A DNA stretch of 64,000 nucleotides. Origin: Eledone cirrhosa. Taxonomy: Eukaryota. Under the pieces are notes generated by a model. The model searched no databases. It worked only from the letters and a program-made list of their open reading frames with translations, and was not told the DNA's origin. Position numbers and translations under genes: made by a program. The stretch spans positions 20,591-84,590 of the forward strand of contig CAXHJY010000276.1 in assembly GCA_964016885.1 (NCBI GenBank). Direction: 5' to 3'. Shown piece after piece: positions 1-15,687 of the stretch (position 1 is its first letter; every line of letters begins with the position of its first letter).

Positions 1-17
1 CCTTCACAATATATATA

Positions 18-188
18 CAGTGAAATTCCGTTATAACGAACTTCACGGGTATAAAAACAATTCGTTGTTACGCAAAATTCTTTATAACAAGATCGACCGA
101 AACAAATCGAGCGTTTGTTTGTTATGACCGCGCGGAGTGAAAACAATTTCGTTATACTGAGAAATTCGTTATAACGGAATTTTATCTG
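18..188. mobile_element. Tc1/mariner (pogo/Tigger-type) MITE
   Basis: TA|CAGTGAAATTCCGTTATAACGAA ... TTCGTTATAACGGAATTTTATCTG|TA terminal inverted repeats; internal gttataacgaa subrepeats. Confidence 0.8.
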
Positions 189-1889
189 TATATATGATTT
201 TTTTTTTTGTTATATATATTTTTCGGAATTATACATGAGTAGTTACAAAAATATATATTTTCAATATTTGTTTTTCTGTGGGGGATGCCCAAGTGTCCAT
301 CCCGAAAGGAACGCCATTGGCAATTGCAATCAGATCAGTTGTATAAATTCTTTGTGCCTGGTCTTTTAGGATGCAAGTGGTGTGATTCTTTATGCAGCAG
401 TAAATGCTACAATTGATGGTCATATGACACTATAATTCCACAGTAGATGATGGTGTGAAGAAGGTACCGTTTATTTCCTTGTCTCTTGTACATACCTGTT
501 CCTTGGATGAAGATGGTATATGTAAATATGGTCTTCTGCATGACTTCCATGTGAGTTCAACAAATATTTACCATTTCTGCTTTCACAATTACTTTTTTTC
601 CAAATCCATTTAAAAACAAAAGGAAAGCAACTGATAGTCTCTACCCTATATTTACCAGATCACCATTTATTTTACAGAGTGTACTGGGTGCATTTTATTG
701 TGGCACCAACACTAGAAAGGTTGTCAGATACTTGACCGAACCAGAGTGTCCTCTTAGAACAATGTTGTGTTGTTCTGTTCACCCACCACTTTATCCTCCT
801 CCTCCCCCCAACAATGAAACTGGTTGAATTGTTAACCTTCGTCTGGCAGTGAAGAAGACAGAAAGTGTTGTCGCTTTTGTCACAACCTATTAAAGCATCA
901 ACATTCTTATATTTCTCATTCTTAGACAAAGAGCAAAAAACCCAAAATATTAGAATCGTTACTCCTCTTGGTAACTGAAGTTATAGAATTCTTATACGAA
1001 CTCTCCTATATATAAATTGGCAGGGTCATTACAGCGGCGGAATTCTGGCTCTTCCCAATCAGAGTTCAAATTCCGCTAAAGTTAAGTTTGCCTTTCTTCC
1101 TTTCTAGGTCGATAAATAAAGTATCACTCCAGTACTGGAATCGATTCTTCTCTTTCTCCTCCTCTCTTTCTTCCCCCTCTCTCTCACCCCAATTCCCTCC
1201 TCTCTCATACACATTCTGCCTGCCCCTTTCTGCACCTCTCTCTTTCTCTCGCACCTCACCTTTCTCTCTCTCTCGCTCTGAAACTTGTAGAATGGTCCTT
1301 GTCAGGTTTTGAAATGTTCAACAGATGTCATAGATCAGGACGACGAAGTTGCGACAAAGGACAATGCTAAGCTCAAGACCAAGGTCAAGGCCAATATCAG
1401 GGCTAATGTCAAGGACATGAACTGATTGCTGCTGACAGCGGCTATCAACAGCTTCTTGATATTTTGGATTTTACTTTAAACTCTTTTAGTTTCACATTCA
1501 GTGTTTCGAAGAAAGAATTAATGATGGAGGTCATGTGACGAACACATGTCACATATTACATTGGTAAGGCAGAGGAGGAGGCAGGGGAGAATTATGCTCG
1601 AAAACTAATTAATAGGCATTAATAACACGTGTGATAAGAAATAAAACAAACATTTGTTGAGTACTACTTAACATACGTTTTAGAAACTTTACATTTGCCT
1701 TCGATCCTTTCGTGGTCAATAAAGAAGGTACCAGTCTAGTACAGCAGTCGATTCTTTCTCAATATCTCTTTAGCACTTTCTCCCTCTCCCACTCTCAATC
1801 CTGTGGAAGAAATCGGCTGGAGAGGAGATGGGCTCGCCAGGCTTAAAATGCCCAAGAAACTACATTAGGAGTTACGGGACAACATCTCA

Positions 1890-3215
1890 CCATACCATAA
1901 CCACACAACACCATATCATACCACTCAATACCATACTATACCTCACCATACCCTACCATATCACACCATTCCATACTATAGCATACCACACCTCATCAAA
2001 CCATACCATACCACACGATACGATACGATACGATACCATTCCATCACATACCATATTGTACCATACCACACCATACCATACCATTCCACACCATACCATG
2101 CCATGGTATATCATACTATGCCTTCTATGTCATACCATACCACACCATACCACACCACACCACACTGCACCATACCACACCATACTATACCACACCATAC
2201 CACACCACATCACATCACACCCTACCATACCACACCATACGATACCATACCACACTACACCACACCATAACATATCATAATTGCCATGCCATACCATTCC
2301 ATACAACACCATACCACACCGTTCACCACCACACTATACACCACCATATCATGCCATAGTTCATCATACCATACCAGACCGTTCCACACCATACCATACC
2401 ACACCCTACCATACCATGCCGCAACAATACCATACCACACCATACACCACCATACCATGCCATAGTATATCATACTATGCCATGCCATTCCATACCACAC
2501 CATACCAGACTACACCACACTGCACCACACCATACCATACCATACCAAACCACACCATACCCCACCGCACCATACTATACTATACTATACCACACCACAC
2601 CATACCATTCCATACCACATGATACTATACCACACGATACTATATCACGCTATACCATACCACACCATACTATACCATACAACACCACACGATACTATAC
2701 CATACCACACCATACCATACCACACCATTCCATACCACACCACACCACACCATACCATCCCATAAAATACCAGACCATACCATACCACACCATATCATAC
2801 CACACCACACCATACCACACCACACCATATTACACCATACCACACTATACTCCACCACACCACACCATACCATACCACACCATATCACACCACACCCTAC
2901 CACACTACACCTTACCACACTATACTCCACCACACCACACCATACCATCCACACCACACCGCACCATACCACACCACACCATACAATACAATACCATACC
3001 ATACCACACCACACCATATAATACCACACCACACCACATCATACCACGCCATACCACACCATACCATACCACACCACATCATACCACACCACACCACACC
3101 ACACCACATCATACCATACCATAAGACACTACCATAACACACCATATTATACCATACCACATCACACCACACCACACCACACCACACCACACCACACCAC
3201 ACCACACCATACCAT
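1890..3215. repeat. degenerate pentanucleotide satellite (CATAC/CACAC)n
   Basis: Direct inspection. Confidence 0.95.
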
Positions 3216-3622
3216 CCCATATCTATTTGTTGGCTACTGATTCGATCACAAGAGGAGTTATTGTACCAATACATATTCAACATAGATTCAATACTCTGAA
3301 ATATGCAAAAGGCAATTAAATTTAAAAGAACATTGAAAGAATATATTCGAGGGTAGAATTTTATTACATTGCACCAAATAGAAATTTACACAGGGGAACC
3401 ATTACTTGTCATCAAATTAATCACGTGCACACACACATATATACAAACACACACGATACTCTTAAAATACACACACATTCACAAGTACACACTTATACAT
3501 ACATATACACACATATACACACACAAACATTTATAGTCTCTTTTTCAAAAATAGAAACACGTACAACAAAGAAAATAATAACATTTTGTATTTCTGTTCC
3601 TCCGGCTAGGCTTTACACACAC

Positions 3623-3729
<107 letters not shown>

Positions 3730-4351
3730 ATGACAATTACGAGACTCTACCACAAGACAGATACCACTCACTTGGACATCTAGACATGTGCAAACGATAG
3801 GACACCCAAATTCCAAGTCTTCTCACTTTATCTTTGCACTGACAGTACAACAGACCAAATACGAATAAATAAGGAAAATATGGTTATTCAAAATTGTAGA
3901 CCAGCATTAAATATAGTTTAATATACGTTAATATGTTAACAGCATAACATGTTAACGAGCCACACATACACACAAACACACATACATAACACCATTCTCT
4001 ATATTCGAAAATAAAAGACCAGAGCTAAATATATTTTAAAATACGTTAATATTTTAACACCTTAACATGCTAACCTACCCCCTCCCCCCACACACACAGA
4101 CATAACACCCTTCTTCATTTCTACTAATGGAATCATTTTTATTTCTATTATCAACACGGTAAACACACACACCCGCACACACAAACATATATATTTCTCT
4201 TTTCTACCCTGCCACCACTATCGCCGCCGCCACCACTATCGACACACATTCAATTTATTTTAATAGAAAGTCTGAATTTTGTCACCTCAGCACGACATCA
4301 GCCATACTCACTGAACCAGAACTATTTCTCCCCTCCCATTTCTTGACCATT

Positions 4352-4537
4352 GGTGTATTGGCAGTATCGGTAGAGAGTCGGACACCATGCTTTCCAGCAT
4401 AGTTACGTCCCTTTACAGTCTGAGTTCAAATCCCGCCGAGGTTTACTTTGCCTTTCATCCTTACGGGGTCAATAAAATAAAGTACCAGTAATACACTGAG
4501 TAATTGCTGGCCTTGTGCCTAAAGTAGAAACAATTAT
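4352..4537 (+). mobile_element. tRNA-derived SINE family A (representative copy)
   Basis: A-box-like TGGCAGTATCGG, B-box GAGTTCAAATCC, body cctttcatccttacggggtc.ataaaataaagtaccagt, AT-rich tail. More than 20 full or partial copies, e.g. 15045-15245(-), 45608-45773(+), 55470-55680(-), 56640-56850(-). Confidence 0.85.
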
Positions 4538-4892
4538 CTTTTGTTAGCCACAAAACTTTCTATGACAAACCATCATTCTCTGGCACTTATATTATATGGC
4601 CAATCATGTGACTGTGAAAATGGTAGTAAAGAACTCTCAAAGTCAAACTGGCGCGAAATTTGATGTACTTATTCACGTGACAGACCCAACCTAATTGCAC
4701 TTATAAAAAAAAACAATTTGAGCCACATTTTTAAAGGCAAATACAATAAGAACTTTGGAACGCGAACTGGCGTGACAGTCATCAACCAACCAAATTAAAT
4801 AATTTAAAAACAAACAAAAAACAAAACAAAAAAAACACAGCAATTCGAGCCTCTCATTCCACATAAAACAGAAAGAACTTTCGAACACCAAC

Positions 4893-5090
4893 CAGATGCG
4901 AGAAAAACCACAAACCCTTCATCTCAATTCTACTTTTGAAAAGCATAAGAACTGTGAAACCGGTAAAGGAAATAAATAAATATTCTTAAAAAGACTCCAG
5001 TTGCATTTTCGATTTTTTTTCCTTATGCTTTAACCCGTGTAGGACATCTCGTTTTTTTATTAAAAAAAAAACTAATTTTCTTATATATAT
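4893..5090 (+). mobile_element. diverged copy of the 61-kb HHR element
   Basis: gatgcgagaaaaaccac...cttttgaaaagcataagaactgtgaaaccggtaaagga...gttgcattttcgatt...gtgtaggacatctcg aligns by eye to 61063-61274 and ends in TA repeats. Confidence 0.75.
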
Positions 5091-6229
5091 AGTGGCAGAA
5101 CACTGGTGGGTTATATCTGCAGTAGTAGAGCACTCAGTCCGTGGGACGAGTTTGGTAGAAGTAGTTCCACAACAATTAGTAAACCATTTCCGAGAACAAT
5201 TTGATTCATCAGCTCGGTTTAAATATCTGTGTGTGTGTGTGAGTAAGTGTTTATGTATGAGTGTGTGTGTGTTTTAAGAATATAGACAGGGCTCAGAAGC
5301 AGGGGGAGTATTTTCATATAAAGAATAGAATTAACAATTAAAAGTGGGTTATATAGAAGTAAATGAGCAAATGGTTAAATAAATTAGTAAAAAGGATCAA
5401 AGAAAATGAGGAAAATATAAGGGCTTAAAAACAGGCAATATGGGTTGGTAACCAGTGATAAAGTGTATGTACCATGTGTATGTATACTGCTTACTGGGGA
5501 GTTTTAGAAGGTTTTACATAGAAATACATGAATAAATGAATCAATTATTACTTTAATAAAAGAAATGGAGTGTGGTATAAAATTAGAGAGCAAATAAATG
5601 GGTAGATGGAAAGAGTGGGTGAAGTATGCACACACAGGCACAATCACATTCATACATGTACACATACATACTCGTGTGCACACATACATACACACACACA
5701 TTCATGCATATTGATATGCTTAAATGTACGCATGCATGCACAGTCAAGTACAAGCACATATGTATGCATATGCACATCCGTGCACAGTCTCACATGCAAT
5801 CACACACGCCCATGCATGACCATATGGGGAGCAGAGGTGGTAAAATTGTTTGCACACACGCACCTACATGTATCATACACATACACGCACATGTGTAGGT
5901 GCTACATTCATATACCCATACAAGAATCATGGAATAGGTTTTAAGGATTTCTGCTCATATACACATGGGAAGTACAGTATGTAAAAGGAAACTTACAGGT
6001 GAGTAGTGGTTGGTTGATGGTTCAATGTTGGTAATAGGTGGGTATATTAGGTGAGGGGTCTGGGCCCGAGGTTTCTGCATGTGGATTCCCAGGGGAGGTT
6101 GGGGTGCTTCGGCAGGAATGTTGAGTGGGGCTTAGTCCAGATACAGGTCGCTGCGCGGGTTTAAATGCCGAGTGGCTCAGTTTCCAGCGCTTGGTAGGTG
6201 TGGATCATTAGTCTCTAGGATCGTTTGGT

Positions 6230-6420
6230 AGTTTGAGGCATAGGTATTTTTATGTATGTGGAGCATACATTTGGTCACTAGTTCAGATCTTTTATTTATT
6301 AATGTGTCTCTGTCAACAATATGCATAGTGATTCGGTCGAGCACAAGTTTCAGCAGTCTCTTCGTCCTGAGTAGGGTAGGGCCCTGGTGATGGTGGTCCA
6401 GCGCAATTGGTCTATTCTTT
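6230..6420 (-). pseudogene. Penelope-like element C-terminal fragment
   Basis: DTLINKRSELVTKC..H resembles the PLE endonuclease-terminal LNKRSELxxxCxH motif. Confidence 0.6.
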
Positions 6421-6708
6421 ATTAAACATGCTCCCTCTAAGCCCTGTCTATAAATAGCCTTACCCCTCACCCCTCCACCCCTATTCCTATGACCATAATG
6501 CCTCTTCTAATCCTATTCCACTCATACACACTAACCATCCTACCTCCACCCATAGTACTTACTTCTGACCCCTTGCCCGTTCCGATACATTTACCCTTCT
6601 CTCCCCCACCATTTTCTCCATCAGACCAGTTTACTACTATGATAAATTCAATCAAAGTACTACCAAGACTGGTGACCTATTTTCTCACACCCTACAAATA
6701 TTACTACA

Positions 6709-6765
6709 CCCTTGAAAAAAGCTTGCTGAACACACAAGCCGAAACCGCTTGGCACTGCGGTAGGG
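6709..6765 (+). ncRNA. hammerhead-like motif (U3:A8 variant, full stem III)
   Basis: CCC-TTGAAAA-aa-GCTTG(ctgaacaca)CAAGCc-GAAA-CCGC(ttggcact)GCGG-TA^GGG; base of stem II is imperfect. Confidence 0.6.
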
Positions 6766-6772
6766 AATTTAC

Positions 6773-6915
6773 ATATCTCTATACCCACTCTACATCTCGC
6801 CATGCATTGAGTACTCCCATGATATATATATATATATGCGGTGCTGAGACCGAGGAAACCACTAATCATGGGAGTACTCAATGCATGGCGAGATGTAGAG
6901 TGGGTATAGAGATAT
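6773..6915. repeat. 51-bp perfect inverted repeat with a 41-bp spacer containing (TA)n
   Basis: 6773-6823 and 6865-6915 are reverse complements. Confidence 0.9.
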
Positions 6916-7115
6916 CTAGGGAGTGTAACTTGGAGTTACTGTAGGTTCGCCCGGGTGAGCACTTGATGTTTAGGTTCACTTCTGTGTCGAGGTGCGGATT
7001 ACAGAGTCGGGTAAGATCGATACAGATCGAACCTTGAGCTGATCAGTGGCGAAACGCGCGTCACCAACCAATAAATGTAATGAAGGAGTAACCAACCGTC
7101 CTTGTTATCTTTTCA

Positions 7116-7196
<81 letters not shown>

Positions 7197-7199
<3 letters not shown>

Positions 7200-7932
7200 T
7201 AGAATCTTGCAGTACGAGTGCCCTATTGTATGAGTAATTTGCTGTACGAGCCGAGGCCCGTGCGAATTTTTGTCTTGTAATACGAATGGAAATCTGCAGT
7301 ACGAGCGAGTTCCATACAAGTGACCGCTAGTCGGCGCTGAGCTCACGCTCTCCCAACAAATGCAGCCTCCGCTCCCTCAGTTCACGTGTTTTTCTCGTTT
7401 TCCTTTTTTAGTTTTGTTCGTTTTTTGCTATTATTTTATAATAATTAGTTGTGTTAGCACTGGGTCCTAAGAAGGTTAGTGCAAAGGACAGTGCTGGATG
7501 AAGAAAAAGGCTGATAAACATGATAGAGGAGTGCATATAGTGGACATAGCATGTCAATACGACCGGAGCATGTTGACAATCTGCACCATCCCGAAGAAAA
7601 AGGACGAGTTCAAGGCTGTTACAGCAGCAAAGGGTGTCTCCAGGCACTCCAAGCAACGCACATCTGTCCTCGAAATTAATAAAACCAGTTGGCATATTTA
7701 TTTTGCATTCTCTTTTATTATGTTTTATAATTGTCATTTTCCTTGTAACTGCACCTTTTCTGTTTTAAAACCAATAAAAAAGGATTTTTTGGTGGTTGGG
7801 GGTGGGGGTGGAACGGAGTAAGTATATTTTAATTAATTTCAATGGGAAAAATTGATTTGTAAAACGAGTAAATCGTAAAACGAGCTCAGTCATAAAACGA
7901 ATTAAACTCGTACTGCGAGGTATCACTCACTG
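7197..7932 (+). mobile_element. non-autonomous Tigger/pogo deletion derivative
   Basis: Termini tagtagaatcttgcagtacgagt and actcgtactgcgaggtatcact..ctg|ta; internal remnant GPKKVSAKDS and KHDRGVHIVDIACQYDRSMLTICTI.KKK resembles the psq-type HTH N-terminus of Tigger transposases. Confidence 0.75.
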
Positions 7933-8752
7933 TATAACATATTAAATTTAAGTGAAAAATCTCTATGAGAGTATAAGCCAGACAGATCAAAAACATTTAA
8001 AATTTATCTCACTTATATATCGATCCCCCTACCATGGTTTCATTTGTGGAAGAAGCAACTATTGGAAAATACCAATATTTGAAGAATTCACACATTCGTC
8101 AATTGAGTATTCTTCAGTTCAGAGACCATATTTATCATGAAATTCTACATATCAGTTGCCGATCCAGCATGTACAAAAACACGCTTTTTCTAGCAAATAC
8201 GTTATTCGCTCACTGTCCACCTTACTACCCTTCTATGACCACTGTATCATGTGTTAATTTCTCTCTCCGCCTCCCGAGAGATTCTCACTTGACACGTAGG
8301 AAACAGTCTCATTTTTTGGCCACAAATTCGCGTGTTAATTTCTCCCTCCGCCCCCAGAGATTTTCTCCTTTGCTACAAACGCGTCAAAAAACAGTCCTTT
8401 TTTCTGAAGGGGTCTCTTGATAAGCCGTATCAACCTCACAGCGATGATGCATTTTTATAGTGCAGATATCATTGTACACGGATCGGCGAAACTGCAGTCG
8501 GGACTTTGAAGAAAAATAGGTATATTTTTGTCTATTATTTCCTCATATTTTGTAATTTGATAAATAGCTCTGATTATTGAGTTATCTTAATTATTTTGAT
8601 TATTTTAGCTCTCTCGGTCATTGAGTAAAATTAGTTAAGGCGGACACAACACACACACATATACATATGAGTATGTGTGTGTGTTTCGTTATTATATATC
8701 TATATATATTTCAGTAACATGGTTTGACAAAATTCCAAGGTATAGATATGCA

Positions 8753-8804
<52 letters not shown>

Positions 8805-9100
8805 CACGAGCCCACACACATGCATATGTATATAGATATACATTGGAACCTTGTCAAAACATGTGTTACTGAAAGTTTCAAATCCTTAGACATAGTTTGA
8901 TTGTTCTTATCTCCTCCGCGTGCGAAGAATGTTGTTTTCCTTCCGTTTGCAGAGAACTCTGGGTGAAAGGGCCATAGACTGATTTATTGTGAAGCAGGCA
9001 TAAGGGGAGATTACTTTAGGGGAGCTGTTAGCAGGGACATCCATGAAGAAGGAGTTATATCTCTTGTTACGACATCTGAAATTACGCTGGACTATAAAAA

Positions 9101-9254
9101 TAATTGTTTCTACTTTTGGCACAAGGCCAGCAATTACTCAGTACATTACTGGTACTTTATTTTATCGACCCTGTAAGGATGAAAGGCAAAGTTAACCTCG
9201 GCGGGATTTGAACTCAGACCGTAAAGGGCGTCCGTCCCTCTACCGATACTGCCG
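9101..9254 (-). mobile_element. SINE family A copy
   Basis: Reverse complement of 4352-4537. Confidence 0.85.
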
Positions 9255-9679
9255 AGAAATGAAACAGTAGGATGAAATAATTAAATTAGAATTAAATAAA
9301 TTAAATTAAATTAGTGTTAAGGTAAAAAAAAAAATGCTGTTTTCTTTATCTAACATTAAATTATAAGCTACCTTTACCAATGACTGTGATAGCTAGAATG
9401 AATTGATCTATAGGTAGAAAACTAATGATACAAATGATCGTTGTGAGAATGGTAAATTAATAATGGGGTTTAGGTTGTGGTATTCCAATTCTATCAATAA
9501 GAACTCTAGAGAGGAATGTGTTAATAGTAAAATATAGGGAAAATTAAGAATATATATATATTGTTTTTTGTTGTTGGGTGGGGCTGGTGGAAGAATTATA
9601 AAAGTAAAGAATAAGAAAGTGAGTTAAAGAAAATTTTTGGTCAAAGTTCTGCTGAATGCAATGATTGTTTCATGGTGGT

Positions 9680-10820
9680 GGTGATCAAAACTTTAAAGTT
9701 TAAAATACGCGTATACTGGGTGCAGCAGTGTGGACAAGTACTGAACATCTTGCTGTTGGTGTTTAAACAAGCACCTATTTCTGGCGGGCATTTCAGTATG
9801 AGCTCCTCTCAGCAGTACAGATCATTTTCTACTCTTCCTTTAATATCTGCTTCTCTCAACGATCTCGAGATCTCTCTATTAATTACCAGATGTAACTTGA
9901 GAGCCTCGTTTCGTGTCGTTTTCTCAGTACCTAACAAATGTAGTGGGAATGTTAAACCTCGCCCACACTCCCATAATATCTATATAGCATTTTGGGCAGG
10001 TACTATAGTCCGGGTTCAACTAAATTCTGTTTTGTATCCGTTTATAAAACACATATCACCGTTTCTACAGGAACAACTGACATCGATAGGTGGAGTAGGT
10101 TTATACGAAATTATGTTTTTCCTGTTAGGAGAAGAACTAAAGTTTACCTTAAGATTATGCTTGCTAAACAATTCAAATGCGGAAGTTTCAAAGTCTAAAG
10201 TCTGTCTCAAGCCCGGAGGCTCACCAGGCCGGAGCCTATCCCAGTTTCCGTGCAGTTAACCGACTGAGCGTACAAGACTCTTCCTGGACAAGACGCCAGT
10301 CCATCACAGGGTTAAACCCCCAGCTATTGTTGGTACTCATTTTCAGCTGAATATACTGGAGCAACGTCAAATAAAGTGTCCCCCACTAAAAAAAAACAAC
10401 ACCTAACTCCGTAAAGGAACCGAACCCACGACATCATGATTGTAAGTCCAACACCTTTACCACTAGGTCACGCGCCTCTACAATTGGTGAGTGCTTATTT
10501 ATTAATTCTAAAAAGGCTTGGCGTAAGTTTTGATATTTAGTGAGAAGGGATAGGGTGTTTTCGTTTTTTTGTGGGGGTCTGGATTGTAGGTATAGCAAAT
10601 CCTATCTTTAAAGACGCTCGATCCTAGGGCGTCATTATAGTAAGGGGCCGTCCTGTTGAACATCTCTTTAATGAAGGAAAAATTAGAGATTCTTCTATTT
10701 ATATTTTCAACCAAAGTCTTAAAATAATAATACTTAACGTTTATATAGGCAAGTGTTTTGCTAGGTTTTCAAAGGAGGTTGTAAATCTAGGGTGATAGCC
10801 AGGAAGTGTATTATGGCTAA
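9680..10820 (-). pseudogene. degraded Penelope-like retroelement (RT C-terminal/thumb region to GIY-YIG endonuclease region), interrupted by a SINE
   Basis: Motifs INRRISN..FNRTAPYYNDAL, PFSLNIKT, FSKHNLKVNFSSSPN, CSCRNGDMC, TRLSSYIW and LNTNSKMFSTCPH occur in PLE order, with stops and frameshifts. Confidence 0.8.
10200..10482 (-). mobile_element. tRNA-derived SINE nested in the PLE relic
   Basis: Minus strand has a tRNA-like head (gaggcgcgtgacctagtggtaaagg...gggttcggttcc) and a cagctgaaaatgagtacc body; it splits the PLE reading frame. Confidence 0.7.
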
Positions 10821-11803
10821 ATTAGTTTCTATCTATAGGCATTTATAGTTTTTTCCATGGGCATGCTTTTATGTTTTTCGATGTATAGTCATTTTCATAA
10901 GTTTTTCCATGGGCATTCTTTTATGTTTTTCCATAGGCGATCTCTTATGATCTTTCTACGTACAAAGAGAATAACAAAATGTCCTTCATATTTGTTTAAA
11001 TATTTAAAGTAAGGTTTATAAACGTCTGAAAGACATTTACTCCAGTGCTTTAATGTTTCTGTCGTTCATTTGCCCCGTCATCTTTAAATGTATAGAGGAG
11101 AAAAAAACAAGAGATACCAGGGGTTTATACGCAGGTTGATGTAAGGTCGTTAACTCCCATGGAGTTAACGACCTTACAACAGGCAGAGTCCACCCTTCTT
11201 TAAGTAGGAATACAGCCAATTGTTTTGTGTGTGAAAGAGAATTGACCTTAGACCTGAAGTGGTGCTTTATTTATTGACTTTGAGAGAATGAAATGCAAAT
11301 TGACCTCTGCGGGATTTGAACTCAGAGTGCAGTGAGCGGGAGGGAACAAATACCGAAGCATTTTCAATCCAACACTCTAACTACTCTGACAGTTCGCAAT
11401 CATACACATGAAGAGTGCAGAGAAAGCTATGCGATTAAGATGTTTCCTTTGCAGCCACGTGCTCCCATGTTCAATACTCAGGCAAGTATGTATATTTTAT
11501 TGTAATCACGGGTTGGGCCTTGTTTCGGGAGTAAAATTTAGTAGGTTGTCGATTCGGCAGTCGTTAGAACATTGGGTACTTGCTTCAGGTTCCTACGTCC
11601 GAATTTCAAAGCCTACCGAGGTCTACTTTGTCTTTCGATTTCTTGGGGTAGATAAAGAAAGTAGCAACCGAGTGCTGATGCAACCCCCTCTCCTCCAGTT
11701 CTTACTGTTGCTGAATCAACAGAAGGAGAGTAGAGTCTGTCTATGTCTGCTCCTCGGTACATTACATACTACCAAATCATACTCGATTGCGAGTGACAGC
11801 CGT

Positions 11804-12990
<1,187 letters not shown>

Positions 12991-13326
12991 ATAATATAAG
13001 ATCAAAAGATGGTTAAAGGAGTTCCATGTATTTTATTATGCGCATTTCAAAAACAAACATTATCATGCAATAATATTTGTGTTTTCATCAGATAAAACAG
13101 GAGAACATGATATGAAGGCTAAAAAACACTTGTGGATAGTACAGTTTTAAATCAACATATGTTGATTTAAAACTGTACTATCCACAAGTGTTTTTTAGCC
13201 TTCATATCATGTTCTCCTGTTTTATCTGATGAAAACACAAATATTATTGCATGATAATGTTTGTTTTTGAAATGCGCATAATAAAATACATGGAACTCCT
13301 TTAACCATCTTTTGATCTTATATTAT
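12991..13326. repeat. perfect 336-bp palindrome between (TA)n arrays
   Basis: Centre at catatg (13158/13159); arms are reverse-complementary from ataatataag to cttatattat. Confidence 0.93.
13211..13296 (+). ncRNA. type I hammerhead ribozyme, second family (mirror copy on minus strand at 13021-13106)
   Basis: tgTTTTAT-CTGATGA(13226-13232)-long stem II-GAAA(13269-13272)-TGCGCA-TA^ATAAAAtaca; palindromic stem III ATGCGCAT; stem I extends gttc/gaac. Confidence 0.85.
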
Positions 13327-13415
13327 GCATACTCCAGTCCTACAAACTGTAGAGTGCTTCTTATCCGATATCTGCATTGCTTTATTGTACTACAATAAAA
13401 CTCACCTCCTACATT

Positions 13416-14623
<1,208 letters not shown>

Positions 14624-15687
14624 CATTAATGCACACATTTCAATTTGCGTTCCAAAATCGGTTGTTTTGTTTACTCCCATTATTTCTATTTTTTACTTTG
14701 ACTACCTTTTGTTTTCTGTATCTATCCTTTGTGATCCTGTCTCTATTTTTGTATTCTCGAAGAAGGGCTAAAGCCCGACACGTCTAACTTTCTTTCTCCT
14801 TTTCCATATAAAGCGTGAAAGTAATAAGATTTTTGTACATGTTTTGTTGTTATATATATATGTGTGTGTGTGACTGTGTGTGTGTGTGTAGCTGTGCTAA
14901 ACAATTATTTTCACACCGAAAAAGTTCAACTGAACAATTTGATAAAGATCGATAAAATAAATACCAGACTGAAATAAGTACTGTTTTGATTTGATTGACT
15001 AAATCTCGTGCATCAGCGTGACCGCAGTCCAATGACTGAATTTGGCACAAGGCCAATACTTTTTTGGGGAGGGGCAAGTCGATTAAATCGACCCAGTGCA
15101 TTACTGGTGCTTTATTCTATCGAACCCGAAAGGATGAAAGGCAAAGCTAACCTTGGTGGGATTTGAACTTAGAACGTAAAGGACCGTAACTCTATGCTGC
15201 AAAGCATAGAGCCTGATGCTCTACCGATTCTTCCAATCCGCCGCTCTTGAAGCCTCTAAAATAATGATTTCTGCTGGTCTTGTACTTGTAATAAAAAAAA
15301 TATCAATATCATTTCTAACACAAAAATAGTAAATATTTTCAACTGATGATTTAAACGAGATTTTAGTCAAGAGCCTACGTCTTGCACTACGATACATCCA
15401 GGTAATTTTAAAAAGGTAATCCTGTTTATTGCACTACTAGAAACAGATAAGTATTAAATATCTCGAGACAGTGACACGATGTGAATTTCTTATCTGTAAA
15501 CATTCGACTTAACATAAATTGCTAATATTCTTCAGAAAAAAATGTCGATAAAATAAAGTACTAGTAAAATCCTGTGGTCAACAAATCGATTTTCCTTTTC
15601 CCATAAAATATTGGTCTTTTAAGATGGGTGGTGGATTTCGGATAAAATGACGTTGCGGTTTTTGTTCCGTCTCTTTTGTAGTGCTAA

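Noticed and set aside
229-929. Minus-strand short ORFs with coding-like composition
   Set aside because: No recognisable domain or consistent splice structure.
1300-1425. Possible small plus-strand exon (VLKCSTDVIDQDDEV...)
   Set aside because: No homology recognised and no partner exons.
4352-4440. tRNA gene calls at A/B-box sequences
   Set aside because: They continue into shared SINE bodies and do not form full cloverleaves.
14755-14790. ctcgaagaa-GGGC-taaa-GCCC-gacacgtc, a PLE-LTR or HHR-like string
   Set aside because: Both core segments are mutated and there is no stem I; too degenerate to call.
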